Part shown: piece after piece, positions 56,701 through 64,000 of the stretch
How positions within the stretch are numbered: position 1 is the first letter of the stretch
Layout: every line of letters begins with the position of its first letter
Assembly (NCBI GenBank): GCA_002633005.1
Contig: NMRA01000088.1
Coordinates: 58,186 to 122,185 of the forward strand
Origin: Phoronis australis
Taxonomy: Eukaryota; Animalia; Phoronida
Direction: 5' to 3'
Length of the DNA: 64,000 nucleotides
The notes under the pieces: generated by a model
The model's database searches: none
Told to the model about the DNA's origin: nothing
What the model saw: the letters and a program-made list of their open reading frames with translations, nothing else
Program-made: the position numbers and the translations under genes

Positions 56701-59700
56701 TCCACTGTACTAATCAGTAGACATCCAATACAAACAGGTATATCATTACTGTAGAAGAAACAGGTATTAATAATTAACAGGTGAATAATATTGCCAGTTG
56801 CAAATGTGAACATTAACCCAACGCAACACATTCAAAATTATAAGAAATGCGAGAAACAAATTAGCCTCAGTGTAAAAACCAATCTTTTTATAGATAGCTG
56901 AAGGGAATGCTTGGGACAGTCACCTCATGCTGCACTTCTCGGAAATGCAATCTTCCGCCCCACTCTCATCAACCACATGGAGATTCTCACTAACACTGCT
57001 CTTTTGTAATGAACACCATCTTCTCTTAGAAATTGTATTTCCTTTCTCAAATGTCTCGTTATTATTTCCATGGAAAAAAATCTTTTCAATTGAACCAGAG
57101 TTCTTTGACAAGAGGTAAAAGTAAGTCTGTTATGTACATTGTATCTATGAGAAAAAACTGTATTAGTGAGAAATGAATGCTGTTGACATGAATGGGCCAT
57201 GCAGTGAGTTTGGAAAGACCACTGACTTTAACCCAAACCATAAAGTTTTAGATGTTGAAATGTACGTAACAATAAAGTATAATTATGCTTTTACCAGACA
57301 ATAATCTGAAAAATTGCGAACATTCACGACAACGTTAGAATCCTTTGAAAAATTAAAAAACGGCTTTTTTTACTATTTTTTTAATCCGAAACAGCAGTGA
57401 AAATGCCAGGCTACTTACTGAGCATGGTTCAGTGATTTGCAGCAGATCGTTTTCGCCACCAAAGTCATTCTTAAAAACATTTGGCAATTTTCATCCAACT
57501 TCATATTCACATCGCTGTTATTATGTTGTGTTTCTAACTAATTTGGTCAAGCATTCACAGAGGAAAGGAATTCGCCTGCAAGTTCCACTTAAAAAGCCGA
57601 GCCCACTGATACTCGATCACCTCACTACAACATTAATACGGTAGTCTGCAGGTAGCAAACAATTTTTGTCACTGCAACCCAGTCATGAAGATTTTGTGGT
57701 TAAAACTCATGTGCATTCGAAATGTGAGGACACGGATTTATTGTGGCATGAAAAGATTTCGCAACGTCTTAATCATAAAGCCGTCATCGGTGCGGAAAAG
57801 GTTTTGATTAATTAACACATTTCCTCCAGGAAAATTCACGCCTTACTTAAAGTCTTTGCAGCGTGATTGTTCAAATCCATTGGTTCACTCCGAGCGTGAT
57901 TAACATATCCTCGTAAAGCCACTAGGCTCTGAGCAAGTCCTCCAAGAAGACAATTCCGCAGCACCAATAATCATGGGTAACATTTCTACCGAGTGTCATA
58001 GAAGATATCAAAAATGTATTGAAAACGTGAAAAAACATGGAACATGAAAAAATGTAGAGCAGAAAATATAACAGTTTTTATAATCAACAATAACCTTACG
58101 CAAAATTATGAATATTGATAACTTAAAAGGTACAAGCATATCACTTCAGCATCTCCTGAAACTTCTCAATAAAAAGAAACATTGAAAAAATTCATCATTA
58201 GCATGGTTCTTGTTGAACAGTTATTAAACCTCAATAAAATTTTGAGCATTTTAACAAATCAGCTCTGGGGGTTCTCCTATTGTACAGGTTAGAAGGAATG
58301 TGTCACAAATTCTCGCTGGTATTTTGCCTTCCCAGGCATTGTCGACGTGTGGTTATTTTACCCTCTAATGTAATGCATATATGTGTTTGGTACACAGAGG
58401 CTGCTTTGAGGTATCATCTGGGGTGAGAAATGAAAGAGGCGACAAGGGGGGTTGAGGGGTTGGGGGGTCAAAACTGTTGTCTTGAGGTAGGGAGTTTTAT
58501 CGCTTGTATTGTCTCGTGTGGTGTGATGTGTTGCAAGGACCTGGTAGTCAATAACAACACTATGTGCGTACATTAACAGGTGGGAGAGAATCTTTGAGCT
58601 GATAGCCTTTGAAAACTTTGACAATTCAGTGGCAGATCTACGATTTCAGTAAGGGGGGTTTAGGATTCGAAAGAATCCGAGGCGCGTAGAGCCGAGGGGA
58701 AGGAAGGTCGCGAGAGGGTTTCCCTCCTCCCGTGTAAGATTTTTTTGGATTTTTAGTAGCTAATTTCGTTTTTTCTTGCGATTTTTTTCCAGTTTTTATT
58801 TTTGATCCTGTCCCGAGAGGGGGGGGGTTAAACCCCCTGAACCCCCCCTGTAGATCCGCCTCTGCAATTTAAGATAGATTACGTAGTACCATAGTCCGCT
58901 GTGTATCATAATTTTTTAATGAAATTATTCACGTTAAAATTTTAGCAATGTTAAAACAACAGTGCTAAGATCAATTATGAAAAACCTCACTCGGTTTACA
59001 GTGCAAATTCAGTAATGTCAATACCTCCTTACTTTACTAAACTAATTTTGAATAAAACAACACAATTTATTTGAGTAACCTGTAGGCATTGTTCAATAAA
59101 ACGATTTATTTGCTATTATAAAAAAGGCCTGTGATCTAAGTAAACTGTTTTAACGTATTACGCTTGTTTAAGCCAAAAAAAATTCACATGGTGATACAAT
59201 TAATAAATTATTTTGGCATTTGTAGTAAATTAAGTCTGCCCATAGCCTTGTCTTCCGTCAAAAAATCAACTTTTGCTTTAGACCACCAGCAGTTCTGAAA
59301 ATGGACTTACTCAAATTAGAGGCGATTTTGGACTTAAAGAAAAACAGTTCAACAAGTAAGCTTGTCAATATCGGTTACTTTATCCTCCGAGCGTGGTTTC
59401 GAGCAATAAGCATGATTTGAATATTATGTTTTCCAATTTTACCCCTGGCATCTGGATGTTTTAGATGCTCCATTACCATTTTCCTTTTGGGTTCATAAGC
59501 CACACACCAACTGGAAATAATTGCAGATGGACTGGTTTTCCCTGAAGCTTACAAAAATTGAATTTTGATGTGAACAGATTTTCATGGTTTTAACACTGGT
59601 TTATGTCATTTTCATGCTCAAAATAGATTTCGAATCAATTTTTCTCAGTGAAAATTTCTAAAATTCCAAATGTGTTTCTCAATCAGTGGATGGCAGAGTT

Positions 59701-62405
59701 TACAGCCCACTTCTCCTATTCTAAATTAATTCAGTGCGTGCTTACAATTTGGAATTTAGCACAGCATAGTATTAAGCTAACTAAGGGGTTTAACTTCCCC
59801 ATCTGAAAACAAATTAACTGACATTCCAGTGGAAACATGGGTTTCGTGTTGCAAAGCTCAGTTCTTTCATAATAATAACCTAAAAATCACTTTTCACTTG
59901 AGTAAAAAACAAGTCGAGACCAATCTTACAGCAGCACATGGTGTAAATACAAATATGTTTCTTTGATGTAAGTGCCGTTTCATAACAGACTTAAGCACGC
60001 ATAAGTTCTGGAGTGATCAATTTCATATTTCAATTTTCAAGCCTGCTATGAACAGAGCTGGGATTACGCATTGAACGACCACCAAACGGTCATGTACAGT
60101 CCGTGCATTGAATCGGACCAAGAACATTTCCTTCCACGAGATCTAAATATAACAGTGTTTATGTATAATGCTATAAAGGCAGGACAAAAGCACCGCGCAC
60201 AATGCAGGCAAAACTGACACAATAAAAACGCCTAGTTGTGGCAGCAGTGCAATAACACAAAACGCTCTTTCAACTGACCAGCTTTGGTGCTGGCAAGTTA
60301 CTACCCCAGCTTTTGTATCTGGTCGTGTTTATTTATGATAGCCTTTGTTTGGTTTTGGTTCTGCCTCCAAAATACCCGAGCAGGGGAATGTTGTCCAAAG
60401 GAAAATGACGTCAGTGCGATAATATAGACGCAGGTCCTGATTAGGAAAGATTCTTGAATAACTACGTAGTGTGTTTTAGGGCAATAGTCAATTACTGGGC
60501 TACCTGCATTTTGAAGACGAGTTTGATTGCCATAATTCAGTGGAGAAAACTGGATTTTAAAATGCGGAGACCCCTCTAAGTGATTATTACAACACAAGCA
60601 AAATTGAACTGTTGAGGGTACAAACTAAAATGATCTTTTCAACCAAGTTATATAACCTTTTGTTCAGTTAGTAAGAACCACTGTAATTCATGTACTTATA
60701 ACCACAAGTGAAAACAGACTTTATGTGTGGTCCAGTTACTGAAGACCCATAGCCTTAACGTTGGGAAAGGAAGAAATTCTCAGACTTTGACAAACAATTT
60801 TCCTTTACACATACATTTCGACCATTTTTGACACCAATAAAGATTTGTCGTTATATTATGAAAACTGCTGAAGACATTCTTGCAACCATGGTTGCTGTTG
60901 GTGAGATCGGATGTTGAATGCATTACCCATGGCACACCCAACACAGTTGATTGGAAAACATAATAACACAGCATGTACCTGATGCAATGTTAGGGAATTC
61001 AAGGACTAGAAACTAGACACGCTGTAATCACCGACTTGAGTAACCAAGTATGGTTAAGTTTCTTCAAATTTGACCACAGTATGGCGGAACAGTAAAATTT
61101 TATCATCAGAATTTTCAACGCGAAAAAACAAGAAAACAATTTACTTGATTATTTGAAAACTATACATACTACGACTGTCATCAATAGACACGCAATGAAA
61201 TTTTGAACATTTTGGGCAATTCAGCGAGTCTTAGAAAAATGAATTTTGGCCATTGTTTTTGGAAACTTTCACCATACACCAAACGACAGATCTTGAAAGC
61301 GACTCGGAGTGTTTTGATGCGTGTAGGAACTCTACCTTAACGCTATCAGCTTAATGTGTATGGACTTGAAATCACAATTTTTTGTCTTCCAAACAAAGAT
61401 CTGTCATTTTCCACAGGAATTTCAATCGTCCCGAATAACGGAGCTGGCACTTGGGACAATCGATCGCAAGGAACTCGTGTAATCTGAACTCTTGCTAAGA
61501 AATTATAAACTAAGAAAATCCATTCAGAGATGCTTATATGTACTTCTTAGTGAACGTATTGTGCCACTACGGGGCACACCAAAAATGAGCCCTGTTAAGC
61601 ATGAGGTGTCCTAGCAAGGCTGTGCCGGACACTTCACATTCATACAGTTTGCTGCCCTTACAAGGTTTTAACACATGAACAACTTCACAACGCACAGTTG
61701 AGATTAATGTGCCAACTCTAGCTAGACTAATTAATTCTTAAGCAAGCTGGCAAGCATACCTGCAGAAAAAAGGATTACCTAGTGAAGCATGTGTTTCGAG
61801 ATAAGGATGTGCTGTGCCTCAATTACCTTAGCCTGACCTGGCAAACTTGGAAGGAAACTGATAAATAATAGCCTAGTTATAATTTCAGAAAAAAAATTCT
61901 ACAAATGTGCCTTCTGGTTAATGTTAACTTTTTTATACAATATCCAAAGCAGAGCTGTGAAAACAATATCATTGTGGTGATTTACAAATTTATTATTTCA
62001 CATTTTATTTTTTAAAACAATCAAAAGTGTCCTACCTCGCTTGATATTTCTCGCATATGTTTGATTGGCCGGACGATGGCTGGGTGGCGCTGGTGCTTGT
62101 GGTGTAGCAAAGACATGCGCAGCCTTCTGACCACCACTTTCGCCATTCACACCACTGACAGGAGCCCGTGGTGATGTCTGAGCTGTTGGTATGGCTGGCA
62201 AGATAGTTGTTTTGTCTGCAGAATGTCCCGTGGGCACGCTACTCTTTCCAGCTGCATTCTGGTTCCCCGCTGTTGACTGGATGGGAGTACCGGCTTGAAT
62301 GCGAAGGGTGGGAATCTCCTGCCCGCTGGCCGTGCGTGCCGCCATGTCCTGTCCAGCCATCTTGCCAACCCTCGGCGGCGAACCATGAGACACGTGAGGG
62401 TTCAT
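17568..62405 (-). CDS. GLIS3: GLIS1/GLIS3-type Kruppel-like zinc-finger transcription factor, whole gene span (9 coding exons, ~920 aa)
   Basis: Exons 62405-62036, 53610-52373, 35231-35070, 32302-32189, 25288-25120, 21073-20938, 20194-19929, 18778-18605, 17701-17568 total 2763 nt, in frame, all GT-AG. Five GLIS-type fingers ([70 protein letters not shown]), N-terminal KRALSxSPLS...[14 protein letters not shown] block and C-terminal FLQ...VDRCxSQLS motif as in vertebrate GLIS3. Confidence 0.93.
18605..18778 (-). CDS. GLIS3: GLIS coding exon 8 (174 nt, phase 1/1)
   Basis: tggttgcag|GT GGT AAC...TCC G|gtgaga; GC-rich coding-like sequence [12 protein letters not shown]...TLSNHS; phase compatible with both neighbours. 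Confidence 0.75.
18968..19025. repeat. 28-bp tandem duplication
   Basis: AGGTACAACATTCAMACACTATTCATAC twice. Confidence 0.9.
19235..19557 (-). mobile_element. Candidate tRNA-derived SINE (degenerate) in GLIS intron 7
   Basis: Minus strand starts GGTCCCGATGGCCCAATG (A-box-like TGGCCCAATG), degenerate B-box GATTTAAGCCC, and TCGGG complementary to CCCGA 75 nt downstream, i.e. a tRNA-sized head; followed by ~250 nt GC-richer body. 3' boundary uncertain. Confidence 0.45.
19929..20194 (-). CDS. GLIS3: GLIS coding exon 7 (Pro-rich, PPxY motif)
   Basis: ccattttag|G CTG AAC...CCA G|gtatga; [18 protein letters not shown]...LPPPTYQQ...; 266 nt, phase 2/1. Confidence 0.85.
20938..21073 (-). CDS. GLIS3: GLIS coding exon 6
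   Basis: cttgtttcag|CG ATC...AGG AC|gtgagt; [17 protein letters not shown]...VQGSP matches GLIS3 APIFSSNYSSRSGTAAG...VQGSP. Confidence 0.88.
25120..25288 (-). CDS. GLIS3: GLIS coding exon 5
   Basis: ttattttcag|CTA AAG...TCA G|gtaatt; [12 protein letters not shown]...SSDMYS matches GLIS3 LTDCLTVQSLQP...PDLYS. Confidence 0.88.
26615..26840. repeat. GT-rich minisatellite, core 16-mer TGTGGTGTTGTGTTGA
   Basis: Exact 16-mers at 26747, 26763, 26779 with degenerate flanking units. Confidence 0.85.
27219..27520 (+). mobile_element. Degenerate relative of the 46331-46879 MITE (left part)
   Basis: AGTCATGTCCACACTACAAATTACCCTGGAACAACTTG resembles AGTGCCGTCCACAAACAAACTTACCCTATAACAAG; shared TTAAACTAGYGCAA motif near 27478. 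Confidence 0.45.
32189..32302 (-). CDS. GLIS3: GLIS coding exon 4 (zinc finger 5 and basic NLS-like end)
   Basis: ttttttcacag|AAA CCG...AAG AGG|gtaggt; [38 protein letters not shown]. Confidence 0.95.
35070..35231 (-). CDS. GLIS3: GLIS coding exon 3 (zinc fingers 3-4; not in the ORF track)
   Basis: ctgtttccag|TTT GAA...GAC ACG|gtaagt; [54 protein letters not shown], 162 nt, phase 0/0. Confidence 0.96.
38002..38694. repeat. 346-bp direct duplication separated by a single N (likely assembly overlap artefact)
   Basis: 38002-38347 and 38349-38694 are nearly identical (AATGAATC vs AACGAATT differences), N at 38348. Confidence 0.9.
40689..40799. mobile_element. Short degenerate MITE with CAGGGGYGGATCC-type ends
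   Basis: CAGGGGTGGATCCAGG at left, CCTGGATCTGCTCCCA at right; same end style as 58627-58864. Confidence 0.45.
46331..46879. mobile_element. PIF/Harbinger-type MITE with TAA target duplication and internal ~76-bp tandem triplication
   Basis: TAA|AGTGCCGTCCACA...TACCCTA and TAGGGTAG...TGTGGACGGGACT|TAA; units CGAGTTATCGCTAGGTTTGGAGGCT...ATCCAT at ~46378, 46454, 46521. Confidence 0.8.
48887..49180. repeat. Low-complexity array of palindromic TTCATGAA/GTTCATGAAC motifs
   Basis: More than ten TCATGA cores in about 300 bp. Confidence 0.8.
52373..53610 (-). CDS. GLIS3: GLIS coding exon 2 (N-terminal conserved region, PPxY, zinc fingers 1-2)
   Basis: actttcacag|AT ATG GGC...TGT ACG|gtaagt; 1238 nt; 424-aa ORF in track with [51 protein letters not shown]. 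Confidence 0.97.
54734..55997 (-). mobile_element. Non-autonomous Helentron-associated (HINE/DINE-1-like) element, copy 2
   Basis: ACAAGAGCAACGCGGAGCATTGAAATGCGCCCACGAA is the reverse complement of the copy 1 3' end; internal units (CCACTAGGTGGC, GAAGATACAGAGGTAAA, GGTTGATAGAGGGG) mirror those of 1410-2665. Confidence 0.78.
58627..58864. mobile_element. MITE with CAGTGGCAGATCTAC / GTAGATCCGCCTCTG TIRs and 5-bp TSD CAATT
   Basis: CAATT at 58622-58626 and 58865-58869; 15-bp imperfect TIR; subterminal GGGGGGTT-AAACCCCC palindrome. Confidence 0.85.
62036..62405 (-). CDS. GLIS3: GLIS coding exon 1 (start codon)
   Basis: Acceptor ggtttcag|GACCATGAAC with good Kozak context; [15 protein letters not shown]...IPTLRIQ...NIKR G|gtagga, phase 1 fits exon 2 (G+AT). 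Weak homology, supported mainly by phase and composition. Confidence 0.75.
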
Positions 62406-62409
62406 GGTC

Positions 62410-62535
62410 CTGAAACCAATGAAATAATGTAATTAGAAAATTGTGTCGAGACATTTAAACACCAAGGTGTCCAAAACTCTAAATGGATCCCATGAAACCA
62501 TGGAACTACCGTTAACACCTAATAGACACACTCAC
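62410..62535 (-). other. Probable 126-nt intron in the GLIS 5' UTR
   Basis: Consensus donor CAG|GTGAGT on the minus strand at 62536/62535 and acceptor TTTCAG at 62410. Confidence 0.55.
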
Positions 62536-64000
62536 CTGACCAGGACACATAAAGCAATGGGAGCATTTCATCACTAGTGCCAAGAATAAGCAAAAAATAA
62601 AACACAGGTGAGATGTGCTTTGGGTGTGTTAAAATGAAACGTTCTTCAGCATGGTATTGTCTTAAACCTAAACGAACACTCTGAGGTTCAGTGAAACACA
62701 TCTTTAAGCACACAGCATGTCCCATCACTCTGAACACAACTGGTGGATGGCTGAGAAACCAGCAATATTTTTGTCACGGCGGCAAACCCCTAAGGTACAA
62801 ATTTATAACTCATTACTTGTTGACTTTATCAACTACACCCATTTCCTCCGCCATTTTCAGTCACCAGTATACTGCAGCTTCAGACGTTCTTCTTTATTTA
62901 TAAGCGCGTGTTTGTAGTACTCGGCCGTACGATGACTTGCTAATTGCTCCGCGTAATTAATCCTAACTACAGTGACTTAAGCACTACGCTGTAGATTATC
63001 GGCCCATTAAAGCATTTATCTTGTCACCAATCCAAAAAGTGATGGGATAATTGGACGCAACGAGAACGTAAACAACATTGTAATTGGGGCACATTTAACA
63101 GAAAACGTCTTAATGAAGAACAATGCGTAAAGACAACCGAGTCACAGAATGAGGGAGAGCTCCAAGTTGGCCCGTTTTCATTCATTGTCTCAATTTGTAG
63201 TTGTTAAGCCTACGTGAAACATAGATGGAGGCCTTAGTTTTTCCAAATTCGCTATCCAATTTACAAAGGCAGGGGTGCACCCTCTCTAAAGTATTAATTG
63301 TATTATAAAACAAAATAACATAATTGAGAAGTACGAATATGTAAATGTAACAGGAACCTGAAGTTGTGTGAAAAATTTCGTAACTATATTCGTGGGCAAG
63401 GTCTCGAACTTCAAAATCCAAATATATCAAGGACATAAATATATTCATAAAGCTGCATTTGCCCTCTTTAACTACCTAAAGAACTAAAATCGCATTAGGC
63501 TTTTTACTCTCAATTTTGATCTTCAAAATAGGCCAAACCTAAAATTGCAAGTTCAAAATGAGGCGTACCCATTGCCCATGTCTTCAGCTGATAACAGAAA
63601 TAGAATTCTATCACGAAAAGGAACGAGGTCGATGTTATGGAAGTAAATACGTTAAGCAACTTCCATTTTCTAGCCATCTACAGGGAGTGACATGCACGTC
63701 TGACATGAATACTGAGTGATAAAAGCAAACCTATAAATAATTCTGGTTGTTTAAATTTTTCAACCTTGTTTTCCAAACAGGCATGATCAGATCCGCTGAG
63801 AACCCGAGTGACTGGAACAAGATCACTACAGGCGAAAATGACCGTCAAAGAAACTGGTTGAAGCCGCAAAAAACAACGCCATCTTTAAAATTTCGTTTGA
63901 AATTTTGTTCGGGTTTTTACTGTGGCTTGTAAGTGTTCCTCCTATTGCACGATTAAACTTAAAATTATCGGGTGGATTTTATTGATTGTTTCTGAGGCTA

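Overview
Animal (invertebrate-like, AT-rich, intron-rich) genomic DNA, not prokaryotic. Two convergent spliced genes: (+) the last three coding exons of a TAX1BP3/TIP-1-like single-PDZ protein (4500-8409; first exon not found, probably upstream of the window) and (-) a complete 9-coding-exon GLIS1/GLIS3-type C2H2 zinc-finger transcription factor (ATG 62405 to TGA 17568; I assembled 2763 nt, about 920 aa, all GT-AG junctions in phase). The rest is intron/UTR with mobile DNA: the 3' end of an L1/Tx1-like retrotransposon with poly(A), two inverted copies of a Helentron-type (HINE/DINE-like) element with internal higher-order repeats, several MITEs, a candidate tRNA-derived SINE and short tandem repeats, plus one probable assembly-duplication artefact around an N. 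I see no clearly new multi-gene system. The best leads are a GLIS C-terminus ending in a class I PDZ-ligand motif next to a class I PDZ gene, loss of the SUFU-binding YGH motif in this GLIS, a predicted pseudoknot at the retrotransposon 3' end, and candidate alternative splicing. All homology statements are from my recall of the families, not from searches.
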